Source: Ignavibacteria bacterium (lineage in GTDB: Bacteria > Bacteroidota > Ignavibacteria > Kapaibacteriales > UBA2268). From it: a stretch of DNA of 64,000 nucleotides. The DNA lies in assembly GCA_026416955.1 (NCBI GenBank), contig JAOAEE010000051.1, positions 1,592 through 65,591 of the forward strand, written 5' to 3'. A program made the translations under genes and the position numbers. Shown here in pieces: positions 9,466-20,652 of the stretch; within the stretch, counting starts at the first letter, position 1; every line of letters starts with the position of its first letter. The notes beneath the pieces were generated by a model. The model ran no database searches. It had not been told where the DNA came from and saw only the letters and a program-made list of their open reading frames with translations.

Positions 9466-11526
9466 TCAATTCATAAGTTTCTTTTTCCCCTTTTGTAGGA
9501 AATCGCTACTTCCTTTTAACCTTGCAATCTCGTCACGAATTTCAGCAGCACGCTCGAAATCTAAGTTTCTAGCTGCTTCTTTCATTTCTCTAAATAATTG
9601 TTCGACTAATTCTTCTTTCTGTTTTTCATTAAGAAATTGAACAAGGGGTTCAGCGAAACTCGTTGTTTGTTGATAATATTTCGCAGCCCTTTTGCTCTGT
9701 CGTATTTGTTGAATATCGGCTATAGAGGTTGAATTTAATATTTCTTCTAAAGTTTTATAAACTGTTTGTGGATTGATGTTGTGTTTTTGGTTGTATTCTA
9801 ACTGAATCTTTCTTCTTCGGTTTGTTTCATCTACGAAATTTTTAATTGAATTTGTTATTTTGTCAGCATAGAGAATAACAAGTCCATCAATGTTTCTCGC
9901 TGTTCTCCCAGCAATTTGTAATAAAGAGCGTTCACTACGAAGGAAACCTTCTTTGTCGGCATCGAGAATTGCAACCAATGAAACTTCGGGTAGGTCCAAA
10001 CCCTCGCGTAATAAGTTTACCCCTACAAGAACGTCATAATTTCCAAGTCGTAAATCTCTTATTATTTCTACTCTTTCCAAGGCATCAATATCGGAGTGTA
10101 TATAAGCAACCTTTATGTTTAATTGGTTTAAGTATTCTGCAAGGTCTTCTGCCATTCGTTTTGTTAATGTAGTTACTAAAACTCGATGCCCTTTATGAAC
10201 TCTCTTTCTTATTTCATTTATTAAATCGTCGACTTGATTTTTCACTGGGCGAATTGATACTTCTGGGTCGACCAACCCGGTGGGTCTTATTATTTGTTCT
10301 ACTACTACTCCACCAGTCTTTTCGAGTTCGTAAGGCCCGGGAGTTGCGCTGACATAAATAACTTGATTAACAAGTTGTTCAAATTCTTCAAATTTTAATG
10401 GTCTATTCTCCAAAGCAGAAGGAAGACGGAAACCATAGTCGACAAGAGTTTGTTTTCGAGACCTGTCTCCATTATACATACCCCGTAATTGAGGAATAGT
10501 AACATGACTTTCGTCGATAATTGTAAGGAAGTCTTTGGGAAAGTAATGGATAATTGTTTCTGGAGTATCTCCAAAATTTCTTCCAGAAAGGTGCATAGAG
10601 TAGTTTTCAATCCCAGAGCAGTAACCTATTTCCTTCATCATTTCGATATCGAAAAGTGTTCTTTGTTCAAGGCGCTGAGCTTCAAGCAGTTTACCCTGTG
10701 AGCGGAGTTCACGCAACCTTTCTACTAATTCATTTTGGATTGCTACAATAGCCCTTTGAAGGCGACTTTCGGTTGTAACAAAAAGTTTTGCTGGATAAAT
10801 TGTAAATTCTTCGAAATTTTTTATGTGCTTTCCACTTTTTAAATCAATTAATCCAATCTGATCTATTTCATCACCGAAGAGTTCTATTCTAAGTGCAAGG
10901 TCGTACTCATATGGAGGGATTAAATCGATAATATCTCCACGAACCCTAAAATAACCTCGCTTCAAGTCGAGGTCATTTCTATTGTAATATAAGTAGATAA
11001 GTTTGTTCATTAGTGCCTTGCGAGTAATCTTCATTCCTACGTGGATAGGGAATAGAAATTGTTCGAATTGCTCCTTGGAACCAATACTGTAAATACAACT
11101 TACCGATGCTACGATTATAACGTCTCTTCTACCTTCTACTAATCTACTTGTAGCACGAATTCGAAGTCTATCAATTTCTTCATTAATGGAAAAATCTTTT
11201 TCAATATATGTATCAGTTTGGGGGATGTATGCTTCGGGTTGGTAGTAATCGTAATAAGATATAAAATATTCAACAGCATTCTCTGGGAAAAAATTTTTGA
11301 ATTCGCTATATAATTGTGCTGCAAGAGTTTTGTTCGGTGAAATTACGAGAACTGGTTTTTGAACTTGTTCTATGACATTTGAAATTGTGTAGGTTTTTCC
11401 AGAGCCAGTTACACCTAGCAATACTTGGTGCTTTTCTCCTTTTTTTATTCCTTCAACAAGTTCTTTAATCGCTTTTGGTTGGTCGCCCGCAGGACTATAA
11501 GATGAAAAAAGTTTGAATTCTGGCAT
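9466..11526 (-). CDS. uvrB: Excinuclease ABC subunit B
   Basis: N-terminus [17 protein letters not shown], Walker A GVTGSGKT, helicase motifs, and a C-terminal UVR domain ([15 protein letters not shown]). Confidence 0.97.
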   Translation of the reverse strand: MPEFKLFSSYSPAGDQPKAIKELVEGIKKGEKHQVLLGVTGSGKTYTISNVIEQVQKPVLVISPNKTLAAQLYSEFKNFFPENAVEYFISYYDYYQPEAYIPQTDTYIEKDFSINEEIDRLRIRATSRLVEGRRDVIIVASVSCIYSIGSKEQFEQFLFPIHVGMKITRKALMNKLIYLYYNRNDLDLKRGYFRVRGDIIDLIPPYEYDLALRIELFGDEIDQIGLIDLKSGKHIKNFEEFTIYPAKLFVTTESRLQRAIVAIQNELVERLRELRSQGKLLEAQRLEQRTLFDIEMMKEIGYCSGIENYSMHLSGRNFGDTPETIIHYFPKDFLTIIDESHVTIPQLRGMYNGDRSRKQTLVDYGFRLPSALENRPLKFEEFEQLVNQVIYVSATPGPYELEKTGGVVVEQIIRPTGLVDPEVSIRPVKNQVDDLINEIRKRVHKGHRVLVTTLTKRMAEDLAEYLNQLNIKVAYIHSDIDALERVEIIRDLRLGNYDVLVGVNLLREGLDLPEVSLVAILDADKEGFLRSERSLLQIAGRTARNIDGLVILYADKITNSIKNFVDETNRRRKIQLEYNQKHNINPQTVYKTLEEILNSTSIADIQQIRQSKRAAKYYQQTTSFAEPLVQFLNEKQKEELVEQLFREMKEAARNLDFERAAEIRDEIARLKGSSDFLQKGKKKLMN

Positions 11527-11567
11527 TTTTTTGTTCCATATTAACTAATATTAAACGAATAAGTGGT

Positions 11568-11575
11568 TAATTTTG
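11568..11575 (+). promoter_or_regulatory. TAATTTTG box (candidate -7 promoter element) upstream of the lipoprotein/DUF1573/Bat-like gene string
   Basis: Exact octamer 20 nt upstream of the ATG at 11596. It lies inside the 5' end of the tracked ORF, which argues for the downstream start. Confidence 0.4.
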
Positions 11576-11595
11576 TTATTTATATGGTGAAATTT

Positions 11596-12597
11596 ATGAA
11601 AAGTTTTTTGGTTCTTATCGTTTTCTCTATGATTTTTATTTCTTGCGAGACCAAAAAGTTAGCGGATGAAAAGAAGTTAGATAGCACACGCGTGTCGGTC
11701 GCAAATAAGGAACAAGTAGGTGATGGAAGTATAAATCTTGTTTTGAATCCGCAACTTGGTAATTTATATAGGTTTGAAAGTCGCTTAGAGCAAAAAATTG
11801 TACAAAAAATGGATACTGTAAGTGCTGAAACTAAACATAATCAATTAATTAAATACACCCTAATACCTTTGATGAAGGACTCTTTGGGAAACTTTTTGTT
11901 CGAAGCAAAATTTTCTGAAATCGAGCAAGAAATTCACTCGAAACTTATTTCGGTTAGTGCTAGTACAAAGAAGGTATCCAAAGAACCAACTCCATTGGAG
12001 TTGTTTTATAATTCACTTGTAGGGAAAGGATTTCGCTTCAAGGTAAATAACAAAGGTAGAAATATTCAATTGATAGGTGTTGATTCATTATTCAACATTG
12101 TAATTGAACAATTACAACAAAGAAAAGAGTTTAAGGGAGTGGACAAGGCATTACTTCAACAAATAATTGGAAGTTTCTTTAATGCTAATGAGTTAAGAAA
12201 AGGATTTGAGAAATTGTTTGAAGTTTATCCCGATAATTTAGTCAAATTAGGGGAAAAATGGGAGATTCAAAAAAATGTAAATGACCCTATCCCCGCAAAG
12301 ATAGTTAACACATTCACATTGAAAAGTGTTCAAATTGATACTTTATTTGTTGATTTAGTATCGAACATACAATTTGAAAAACAAAAGACAAAAGAAAACG
12401 AGCCTAAACTTGTTGAGTTGTCCGGAAAACAAAATGGGTTATTAATTATTAATAAAGTTACTGGATTAATGTTGAGCAGTAAATTGCAGCAGCAGATTTC
12501 TATTATTTATCAGGTTCCTCCTTCCACCCAAACTAACAACAAGGCTATCAATATCCAAACAAAAATTAGCTCAAATTTCTATCTGAAATTGTATTAA
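11596..12597 (+). CDS. Hypothetical lipoprotein
   Basis: Lipoprotein-type signal MKSFLVLIVFSMIFISC. I recognised no catalytic motifs. Start chosen downstream of the promoter-like box. Confidence 0.6.
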   Translation: MKSFLVLIVFSMIFISCETKKLADEKKLDSTRVSVANKEQVGDGSINLVLNPQLGNLYRFESRLEQKIVQKMDTVSAETKHNQLIKYTLIPLMKDSLGNFLFEAKFSEIEQEIHSKLISVSASTKKVSKEPTPLELFYNSLVGKGFRFKVNNKGRNIQLIGVDSLFNIVIEQLQQRKEFKGVDKALLQQIIGSFFNANELRKGFEKLFEVYPDNLVKLGEKWEIQKNVNDPIPAKIVNTFTLKSVQIDTLFVDLVSNIQFEKQKTKENEPKLVELSGKQNGLLIINKVTGLMLSSKLQQQISIIYQVPPSTQTNNKAINIQTKISSNFYLKLY

Positions 12598-12648
12598 AAG
12601 AAAACAATTTATTATTCGTAATAAGTATATTAAAAAGGAGAATAAAAG

Positions 12649-13350
12649 ATGAAGTTATTGGTTTTTATATTTTGTTTGGTTTTTATAATCTTTGGTAATA
12701 TTTTTTCTGCACCCAAACTTCGCTTTGAAAATGGTGATACCTATAATTGGGGAAAGATTCGTTCTGTTGATGAACCTTTAAAGGCTAAAATTAAGATATT
12801 CAATGATGGAGACGATACTTTAAAAATATTTACTGTAAAACCTGGTTGTGGGTGCACAGCTGCGCCATTGGACAAATACAATATCGAACCTAATGGTTTT
12901 GCAACAATGGAAGTTAGTCTTATTGTTCCAAAAAGCCCTGGGGAGCACACAAAATCTATTTTGTTTAGAACGAATGACCCAACAAAGGAAGAGACATACT
13001 TTTACTTAAAGGCTGAATTTGTTCCACCAATGAAGTTTTTTCCAGATTCCAAAGTTATGGCATCAAACTTGTTGATTGGAGATACTTCTTTGTATAAAGT
13101 TGTTTTAAAGAATACCTCTGGCGAAGATATAATAATCAAAGAACCGAGTGTTGAACCAAAAGATGTAATTTCGACTAACCTAAAACCAGATTTGGTTCTT
13201 AAACCTGACCAAGAATTTGTTTTGGAAATTAAGATTAGCCCTAATACTATTGGGAATTTTAGCGGTAAAGTCAAATTCAAGACTACTTTTCCTGATTTGC
13301 CAAGAGTAGAAATTCCAGTTTTAGGAATAGTTACTGGTTTCAAAAAATAG
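12649..13350 (+). CDS. DUF1573 domain-containing secreted protein
   Basis: SD aaggag, a signal peptide, and the hallmark VKPGCGCTAA motif in an Ig-like fold context (WGKI...FNDGDDTLKI). Confidence 0.7.
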   Translation: MKLLVFIFCLVFIIFGNIFSAPKLRFENGDTYNWGKIRSVDEPLKAKIKIFNDGDDTLKIFTVKPGCGCTAAPLDKYNIEPNGFATMEVSLIVPKSPGEHTKSILFRTNDPTKEETYFYLKAEFVPPMKFFPDSKVMASNLLIGDTSLYKVVLKNTSGEDIIIKEPSVEPKDVISTNLKPDLVLKPDQEFVLEIKISPNTIGNFSGKVKFKTTFPDLPRVEIPVLGIVTGFKK

Positions 13351-13385
13351 GATAGGTTCTTGTTAAGAAATGGTGTCTTTGACAT

Positions 13386-14438
13386 ATGTTTGCTTGGGAG
13401 AATAGATACTTTTTTTGGGGTTTAACTTTATTTGTCATATTTTTAATTGTTTTTTTGATACAAAAAAGGTCTTGGAGAAAAAAAATTGATAAGTTCGGGG
13501 AAGCACATTTGATTTTTGAACTTGCTGAGGACTTATCATTTTCCAAACCAAACATTAAGTTTTTTTTAATTTCTTTAAGCTTCATTTTTATTATTTTAAC
13601 TCTTGCTAACCCATTAATTGGAACAAAACTTATTGAAGGAAAAAGAAAGGGGATTGATGTAGTAATTCTGTTAGACGTTTCCAATAGTATGAGGGCTGAA
13701 GACATCAAACCGAATCGTTTGGAAAGAGCAAAACAAATGGTAATGAAACTAATTGACAAGTTAGTTAACGATAGAATAGGTATTATTGTATTTGCTGGTG
13801 AACCATATGTTCAACTTCCTTTGACAACCGATTATTCTGCAGCGAAGCTATTCACTTCATACATCGATACCGACTTAGTTCCAACCCAAGGGACAGCAAT
13901 AGGTTCAGCAATTGAACTTGCAGTACAAAATTTCAATTTTGAACCTAAAAGAAAGAAGGCTATGATTGTTATTACTGATGGAGAAAACCACGAAGACGAT
14001 GCGGTTGCTGCTGCTGAATTTGCTGCTAAAAATAATTTTATTATTCATACAATTGGTATGGGAACCCTTACAGGAGGACCAATCCCTCTTTACCATGGTA
14101 GCACAAATGAGTTTTTAAAGGATAATGAAGGAAAAGTAGTTACTTCGAGACTAGACCCTGTAATGCTTGAAAAAATTGCTGCTGTTGGTGGTGGAGAATT
14201 TGTACTAAATTCTGGAATAGACCCTGACCTTTCGGTAATTTTGGATAAAATTTCAAAAATGGAAAAAAAAGAATACGAAACCAAAATATTTTCAAACTTC
14301 GAATCTTTATACCAATATCCTTTACTTATTGCTTTGTTGATACTTTTTGTCGAAGTTTTGATAAGCGAAAGAAAAAACAAATATTTAAATTCATTGAGTA
14401 ATTTCTTGCAAAAAAGGCCAAAGAATTATGAAAGATAA
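13386..14438 (+). CDS. VWA domain-containing membrane protein, BatA/BatB-like
   Basis: Two N-terminal TM segments, a VWA MIDAS region (VILLDVSNSM...ITDGENHED), and a C-terminal TM. Confidence 0.8.
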   Translation: MFAWENRYFFWGLTLFVIFLIVFLIQKRSWRKKIDKFGEAHLIFELAEDLSFSKPNIKFFLISLSFIFIILTLANPLIGTKLIEGKRKGIDVVILLDVSNSMRAEDIKPNRLERAKQMVMKLIDKLVNDRIGIIVFAGEPYVQLPLTTDYSAAKLFTSYIDTDLVPTQGTAIGSAIELAVQNFNFEPKRKKAMIVITDGENHEDDAVAAAEFAAKNNFIIHTIGMGTLTGGPIPLYHGSTNEFLKDNEGKVVTSRLDPVMLEKIAAVGGGEFVLNSGIDPDLSVILDKISKMEKKEYETKIFSNFESLYQYPLLIALLILFVEVLISERKNKYLNSLSNFLQKRPKNYER

Positions 14439-15093
14439 GGCAATAATATTATTGTTGTTGTTATTCTTTATCAATATTAATTTAATCTATACACAATCAC
14501 CAAAAGAATTGATAAGAAAAGGAAATAATAAATATAGGGAAAGAAAATTTGATGAGGCCGAAATAAATTACAGAAAAGCTTTGGAAAGAAATAGAAACGA
14601 AAGAATTGCAATATACAACTTAGGTAATGCACTTTATAAGCAAGAAAAATACTCCGAAGCCCAACAAAAATATTTGGAGATAATTAATTCCAGCAAAGAT
14701 AATTATGAAAAAGCAAAAGCATATTACAACTTAGGTAACTCATTGTTGAAAGAAAAGAAGTACAAAGAAAGTGTTGAAAATTACAAGAATGCTCTTAAGT
14801 TAAATCCAAATGACTTTGATGCAAAATACAATTATGAATATGCTCGAAGAATGCTTTTGTTGAACCAACAACAAAATCAAAATCAACAAAAAAAAGATAA
14901 GAATGAGCAGAATAAACAAGAGCAAAAGGATGAGACCCAAAAGCAAAATCGAAGTCAAAATCAACAAAATCTTTCTCAACAAAATATTGATAATATTTTG
15001 AATGCTTTAAGAAACGAGGAAAAGAGAACCCATAAAGAAATTAAAGCAAAGTTGCTTCCTCGTGTTGAAAAAAGAATTGAAAAAAATTGGTGA
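14428..15093 (+). CDS. TPR-repeat protein, BatC-like, with a Q/N/K-rich tail
   Basis: TPR repeats (YNLGNALYKQEKYSEAQQKY, YYNLGNSLLKEKKYKESVENYKNALKLNP). It overlaps the preceding VWA gene by 11 nt. Confidence 0.7.
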   Translation: MKDKAIILLLLLFFININLIYTQSPKELIRKGNNKYRERKFDEAEINYRKALERNRNERIAIYNLGNALYKQEKYSEAQQKYLEIINSSKDNYEKAKAYYNLGNSLLKEKKYKESVENYKNALKLNPNDFDAKYNYEYARRMLLLNQQQNQNQQKKDKNEQNKQEQKDETQKQNRSQNQQNLSQQNIDNILNALRNEEKRTHKEIKAKLLPRVEKRIEKNW

Positions 15094-15096
15094 TTG

Positions 15097-16392
15097 ATGA
15101 AGAAAAAGGAGTCAGTTATTGTATTGACATTAGGCTGCGCAAAGAATGTTGTTGATAGCGAAAAACTGATTGCTAGACTTATTTCGAATGGAATAGATGT
15201 TACTTTCGATTTGAATAAAGCAGATACTTGTATCATCAATACTTGCGGATTTATTAAACCATCTGTGGAAGAGAACTTAGGTGTACTTCTTGAAGTAATC
15301 AATCGCAAGATTCAAAAGAAACTAAAAAGAGTAATTGTTTTTGGATGTTTAGTAGAAAGATTTAAAGAAAATCTTATTAAAGAATTTCCCGAAGTCGATT
15401 ATTTCATTGGAGTTGAAAATCAAGAACTAATATTAAAATATCTGAACGAAAATATCGAGCTCAAAGAAAACTTAATTGGTGAGAGATATCTTTTAACTCC
15501 CCGACATTTTGCTTATTTGAAAATAAGTGAGGGATGCAATAGAGAGTGTTCTTTTTGTACAATTCCAATCATTCGGGGGAAACTCAAGTCCAAGCCAATA
15601 AAGGATTTAGTAGAAGAGGTTAAATATTTAGAGAGTATAGGCGTTAAAGAACTTGTTATTATATCCCAAGACACAAGTTCCTATGGTATAGATTTATATA
15701 GTAAATCTATGTTAATAGACTTATTAAGAGAATTGGTTCAAGTATCTGGAATTCATTGGATTAGATTAATGTATTTATATCCTGCTGGTTTACCAAATAA
15801 TCTAATAGATTTCGTTGCAAATGAAAATAAAATATGTAATTATTTTGATATTCCAATACAACATATTTCCGATACTGTCTTAAAATCAATGAGAAGAGGT
15901 ACTTCGAAAAAGAATATTATAGAACTTATTGAAAAAATAAGAAGAAAAATACCGAATTCCGCAATTAGAACCACATTAATTGTAGGTTACCCAAATGAAA
16001 CAGAAAAGGATTTTCTCGAATTAATCAAATTTTTAGAAGATTATGAATTAGATAGAGTTGGTGTTTTCACTTACTCTGCCGAAGATGGAACTTCTTCGTT
16101 CCTGCTTGGCGACCCAATTCCTGAAGATGAGAAATTAAGGCGTAGAGATGCAATTTTTGAATTGCAAAGAAATATATCTTTGAAGAAGAATAGAGAATTA
16201 GTTGGAAAAAACATCAAGGTTATTATTGATGAAGTTAATAACGGAATAATGCTAGGGAGAACTGAATTCGATGCTCCGGAAGTAGATAATCTAGTTCACG
16301 TAAAAGTAAAGGGAAGAAAGTATGAACCCGGAGATTTCGTTGATGTAAAGGTGGTGAAATCTAAAACCTATGATATTTTTGCAGAGATTTAA
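15097..16392 (+). CDS. rimO: Ribosomal protein S12 methylthiotransferase
   Basis: N-terminal LTLGCAKNVVDSEKL, radical-SAM motif CNRECSFCTIP, C-terminal TRAM domain, length about 430 aa. The ATG is at 15097; the tracked start at 15094 is a TTG. Confidence 0.85.
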   Translation: MKKKESVIVLTLGCAKNVVDSEKLIARLISNGIDVTFDLNKADTCIINTCGFIKPSVEENLGVLLEVINRKIQKKLKRVIVFGCLVERFKENLIKEFPEVDYFIGVENQELILKYLNENIELKENLIGERYLLTPRHFAYLKISEGCNRECSFCTIPIIRGKLKSKPIKDLVEEVKYLESIGVKELVIISQDTSSYGIDLYSKSMLIDLLRELVQVSGIHWIRLMYLYPAGLPNNLIDFVANENKICNYFDIPIQHISDTVLKSMRRGTSKKNIIELIEKIRRKIPNSAIRTTLIVGYPNETEKDFLELIKFLEDYELDRVGVFTYSAEDGTSSFLLGDPIPEDEKLRRRDAIFELQRNISLKKNRELVGKNIKVIIDEVNNGIMLGRTEFDAPEVDNLVHVKVKGRKYEPGDFVDVKVVKSKTYDIFAEI

Positions 16393-17504
16393 ATTAATAT
16401 GCTTTTTAGAATTTTGAATATCTTTTCGGAAGTTGTTCCATTCCCATATGGAAAACAAATTTTTGCCATATCTTTGTAAATTTTCTCATCAGTAAGTAAT
16501 TTTTCTGCCCATTCAATTATTTTTGTTTTATCTGTTCCAACAATTTTAGAAATGCCTAGTTCAACACTTTCTATTCTTTCAGTCTTGTTTCGAAGCACAA
16601 GAACAGGTTTTCCAAAGGTCGGGGCTTCTTCCTGGATACCTCCACTGTCGCTTAGAATGAAATAGGAGTGTTTCATAATAAAAAGTAGGCTTGGATAATC
16701 TAAAGGATTAAACAAATGAATTTTGGGGGATTTTAATTTAGAAAATGCATATTCTCGAATGTTTGGATTTAAATGCACTGGAAAAACAATTTCAATGTCG
16801 TTAAAATTTTCAGAGATTTGGACCAAAGCTTCGCATATACTTTCGAAGGGTTTTCCAAAATTTTCTCTGCGATGACAGGTTACAAGAATGATTTTTTTTG
16901 AAAAGTCAATTTCTTTGAAATTTCTGAAATATTTATTTTCGTTTTTATTAACAATATCTACAACAAATAATTGAGAATCAATTGCTGTATTCCCAACAAG
17001 AAAAATATTTTCTTCGGGTATGGATTCTTGTTTAAGATTTTCGAAAGCTTTTTTTGTTGGTGCAAAATGATATTCCGCAATTCTTGTGATTAGGCACCGA
17101 TTTATTTCTTCTGGATAAGGAAAATATTTGTCGTGTGTTCTTAAACCCGCCTCGATGTGAGCCACAGGAACCTTATGGTAGAAAGAAGATAATGCTCCCG
17201 AGAATGAAGTAGTTGCATCCCCTTGGACAATAGTTAAATCTGGGGAAATTGAATCAAAAACTTTTTCCAACTTAAAAATTATTTGTTTGGTTATGTAATC
17301 AAGAGATTGGTTTTTTGTCATTATTTTTAAGTCGATATCGATTTTTAAATTAAAAAAGTTCACTACTTGTACCAGCATTTCACGATGCTGGGAAGTTAAA
17401 CAGGTTATTACTTTAAAGTCATTACTTTCTCTGAGTTTGTTTATTAAAGGTGCTAATTTGATTCCTTCTGGCCTAGTTCCAAAAATAATTAATATTGTTT
17501 TCAT
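16389..17504 (-). CDS. wecB: UDP-N-acetylglucosamine 2-epimerase (non-hydrolysing)
   Basis: FGTRPEGIKLAPL, HIEAGLRT and SDSGGIQEEAPTFGKPVLVLR motifs. Confidence 0.9.
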   Translation of the reverse strand: MKTILIIFGTRPEGIKLAPLINKLRESNDFKVITCLTSQHREMLVQVVNFFNLKIDIDLKIMTKNQSLDYITKQIIFKLEKVFDSISPDLTIVQGDATTSFSGALSSFYHKVPVAHIEAGLRTHDKYFPYPEEINRCLITRIAEYHFAPTKKAFENLKQESIPEENIFLVGNTAIDSQLFVVDIVNKNENKYFRNFKEIDFSKKIILVTCHRRENFGKPFESICEALVQISENFNDIEIVFPVHLNPNIREYAFSKLKSPKIHLFNPLDYPSLLFIMKHSYFILSDSGGIQEEAPTFGKPVLVLRNKTERIESVELGISKIVGTDKTKIIEWAEKLLTDEKIYKDMAKICFPYGNGTTSEKIFKILKSILI

Positions 17505-17576
17505 AATTTAAAAAAATACAAAATTCGCATTTTTTTTAAATTTTCTTTACTTTTAGCAAAACAAATAGGTTTTTGG

Positions 17577-17584
17577 TAATTTTG
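17577..17584 (+). promoter_or_regulatory. TAATTTTG box upstream of hslU
   Basis: Exact octamer 27 nt upstream of the hslU ATG, in the divergent wecB/hslU spacer. Confidence 0.45.
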
Positions 17585-17611
17585 TTTTTTTCATTATTGA
17601 AGTTTTAAATA

Positions 17612-19015
17612 ATGGATAAAATTGTACCGATGAAAAACGAAACGGAAAAAACTGGTTTTCCAACGCAGGATTGGGAACTAACTCCAAGCGATATAGTAAA
17701 AGAGTTGGACAAGTATGTAATTGGCCAAGAGGAAGCAAAAAGAATTGTTGCTATTGCTTTAAGAAATCGGTGGAGACGACGGAAAGTTATGAGCCAATTA
17801 CGGGAGGAAATATTGCCAAATAATATTATTATGATTGGTCCAACTGGTGTAGGGAAAACCGAAATTGCAAGGAGACTTGCGAAATTGGTTAATGCTCCAT
17901 TTGTAAAAGTAGAAGCCACGAAATATACCGAGGTGGGCTATGTAGGTCGCGACGTAGAGTCGATGGTACGCGATTTAGTTGAACGCTCAGTTGCTATGGT
18001 CAAGCAAGAGAAAACACAAGAAAAGTTGGAAGAAGCAAAAAAAGCTACTGAAGAGAAAATTCTTAATATCTTATTCCCTAAAAAAACCAAAAGTATTTCT
18101 TTCGATGTGGATACCCCGGAGACAGTAACTGATGAAAGTAGGGAAAAATTTCGTGAACTTTATCGAGCAGGTTATTTCGACTCTAAATTGATTGAAATAG
18201 AAGTGGAAAGCGATATAAGCCCTCCAATACAAATACTTGGACCTTTTGGAATGGACGAGATTGGAAGTTCTATTCAAGATATGATGAGCCAATTGTTTCC
18301 AAAGAAAAGAGTAAAAAGAAAAATGACAGTCGCCGAAGCAAGAAATCAGATTTTGAAAGAAGAGACCGAAAAATTAATTGATATGGAATCCGTTGTAAAA
18401 ATCGCTCTGGAAAGAGCGGAAAATATGGGTATCATTTTTATTGACGAGATTGATAAAATTGCTTCTCATAATGGAAGAACCTCGGGTCCGGATGTTTCCA
18501 GAGAAGGTGTACAAAGAGACTTACTACCAATTGTCGAAGGTACTACTGTTAACACCAGATATGGCCCAGTTAAAACTGACCATATACTCTTCATTGCTTC
18601 CGGGGCATTTCACGTTTCAAAGCCATCAGATTTAATTCCAGAATTACAAGGCAGATTTCCTATAAGGGTAGAATTAAAAAGTTTAACTGAAGATGATTTT
18701 GTAAAAATACTAACTTTGCCCGAAAATGCATTAATTAAACAATACAAGGCATTACTCGAAACAGAAGGTATCCAGCTGGAGTTCGACCCTGAAGCTATAA
18801 GAGAAATTGCTTCGATTGCAGCAAAAGTTAACGAAGAAATTACTAATATTGGTGCAAGAAGACTACATACAATTATGACAACTTTGTTGGAGGACATACT
18901 TTTCGATGCTCCAAATAATATTAAAGAGAAGAAAATAACCGTGACTGTAAAAATGGTTAAAGAGAAATTAAATAAGATAATTGAAAATGTCGATTTAAGT
19001 AAGTACATTTTATAA
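17612..19015 (+). CDS. hslU: ATP-dependent protease ATPase subunit HslU
   Basis: [34 protein letters not shown], Walker [16 protein letters not shown], and Walker [11 protein letters not shown]. Confidence 0.95.
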   Translation: MDKIVPMKNETEKTGFPTQDWELTPSDIVKELDKYVIGQEEAKRIVAIALRNRWRRRKVMSQLREEILPNNIIMIGPTGVGKTEIARRLAKLVNAPFVKVEATKYTEVGYVGRDVESMVRDLVERSVAMVKQEKTQEKLEEAKKATEEKILNILFPKKTKSISFDVDTPETVTDESREKFRELYRAGYFDSKLIEIEVESDISPPIQILGPFGMDEIGSSIQDMMSQLFPKKRVKRKMTVAEARNQILKEETEKLIDMESVVKIALERAENMGIIFIDEIDKIASHNGRTSGPDVSREGVQRDLLPIVEGTTVNTRYGPVKTDHILFIASGAFHVSKPSDLIPELQGRFPIRVELKSLTEDDFVKILTLPENALIKQYKALLETEGIQLEFDPEAIREIASIAAKVNEEITNIGARRLHTIMTTLLEDILFDAPNNIKEKKITVTVKMVKEKLNKIIENVDLSKYIL

Positions 19016-19024
19016 AGGGAAAAA

Positions 19025-20596
19025 ATGAAACCAGATTTTTTTAAAGTTCAAACTGCTTTGATTTCAGTTTACGACAAAACTGGAATTTTAGAATTTGCAA
19101 ATGAGTTGGTTGGGTTGGGAGTGGAAGTTTTTTCAACTGGCGGAACAATGAGATATCTTTCCGAAAATGGTCTTCGAGTTCATAATATTGAAGAACTAAC
19201 TAAATTTCCAGAAATTCTCGATGGACGAGTCAAAACGTTGCATCCTAACTTATATTCTGGAATTTTGGCAAGATTAGATAAGCCAGAACATATAAAACAA
19301 ATGGACATTTACGGTATTAAGTCTATAGATTTAGTAGTGTGCAATTTATATCCTTTCGAGTCAACTTTGAAGAAGTTTGAAGGAAATTATGAATTGTCTG
19401 AGACGGAATTATTAGATATTCTTGAAATGATAGACATTGGTGGTCCTTCGATGTTGCGAGCTTCGGCAAAAAATTTCCATTGGACATTACCAGTGGTGAA
19501 TCCAAATAGATATTCGGAAGTTGCAAAGATACTAAAAGAGAATAATATGTGTATTCCCTTAGATTACCGATTGAAACTTGCGGCCGAGACTTTTGAACAT
19601 ATCGCTCATTACGACATCACAATATCAAATTTCTTCCGAGAATACTCAAAAGATTTTGACCAAAAGTTTTTCCAGGTTTCTTTACCAAAAGAATTAAGCC
19701 TTAGATATGGTGAAAATCCACAACAAAAGGCAAATTTATACGGTTCTTTTATGAAATGCTTTACCAAACTCCACGGAAAAGAACTATCTTATAACAACAT
19801 TTTGGATATTGATTCTGCAACACGGCTTATTATCGAGTTCGATTTGCCGACAGTTGCAATTATTAAACATACTAATCCTTGTGGAGTTGCAATTGGTGAA
19901 GACTTAGTCGAGGCTTTTAAAAAGGCTTTTGCTACGGATACTGTTTCTCCTTTTGGAGGGATTGTTGTAACCAATAGAAATGTAGATAAATATTTTGCAA
20001 ACGAAATCCACCCAATTTTTTTAGAAGTAATTATTGCTCCAAATTTTGAACCAGAGGCATTAGAAATTCTTACCAAAAAGAAAGATAGAAGGCTAATAAA
20101 AGTTGATTTACCTTTGTTTAAAAATAGCATTATTAAGGATTTTAGAAGTGTTGTTAATGGAGTTTTGGTTCAAGATGCAGATAAATGGTTGTTTAATAGT
20201 GAAGATTTTAAAGTTGTTACCAAACGAGAGCCAACAGACGAAGAATTAGAGGCAATGATTTTTGCTTGGAAAGTGGTAAAACATGTTAAATCCAACGCGA
20301 TTGTGTATGCAAGGAAAGACCGAACAATTGGCATTGGTGCGGGGCAAATGTCTCGGGTAGATTCTTCCAGAATAGCAGTCGAAAAAGCCAAGATGATGGG
20401 GTTGGATTTAAATGGCTCTGTGGTAGCATCGGATGCTTTTTTCCCCTTTCCCGATGGTGTAATAGAGGCAGCAAAAGTCGGTGCTACCGCAGTTATTCAA
20501 CCCGGTGGTTCAATTCGCGATAATGAAGTAATCGAAACTGCTAATCAGTACAATATTGCTATGGTTTTTACAAATATGAGACATTTTAAACATTGA
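19025..20596 (+). CDS. purH: Bifunctional AICAR transformylase / IMP cyclohydrolase
   Basis: ALISVYDKTG...STGGT, the MGS-like domain, and the C-terminal AICARFT region ending RHFKH. Confidence 0.95.
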   Translation: MKPDFFKVQTALISVYDKTGILEFANELVGLGVEVFSTGGTMRYLSENGLRVHNIEELTKFPEILDGRVKTLHPNLYSGILARLDKPEHIKQMDIYGIKSIDLVVCNLYPFESTLKKFEGNYELSETELLDILEMIDIGGPSMLRASAKNFHWTLPVVNPNRYSEVAKILKENNMCIPLDYRLKLAAETFEHIAHYDITISNFFREYSKDFDQKFFQVSLPKELSLRYGENPQQKANLYGSFMKCFTKLHGKELSYNNILDIDSATRLIIEFDLPTVAIIKHTNPCGVAIGEDLVEAFKKAFATDTVSPFGGIVVTNRNVDKYFANEIHPIFLEVIIAPNFEPEALEILTKKKDRRLIKVDLPLFKNSIIKDFRSVVNGVLVQDADKWLFNSEDFKVVTKREPTDEELEAMIFAWKVVKHVKSNAIVYARKDRTIGIGAGQMSRVDSSRIAVEKAKMMGLDLNGSVVASDAFFPFPDGVIEAAKVGATAVIQPGGSIRDNEVIETANQYNIAMVFTNMRHFKH

Positions 20597-20652
20597 AATT
20601 CTCTTAAGTGATTAATTTTTTTTAAATTGAAAAACCAAATAAAGGTTTAAAA

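Noticed and set aside
14860-14990. Q/N/K-rich repetitive stretch (NQQQNQNQQKKDKNEQNKQEQK...) that looks like a nucleotide tandem repeat.
   Set aside because: It is in-frame low-complexity coding sequence at the tail of the TPR protein. There is no exact repeat unit.
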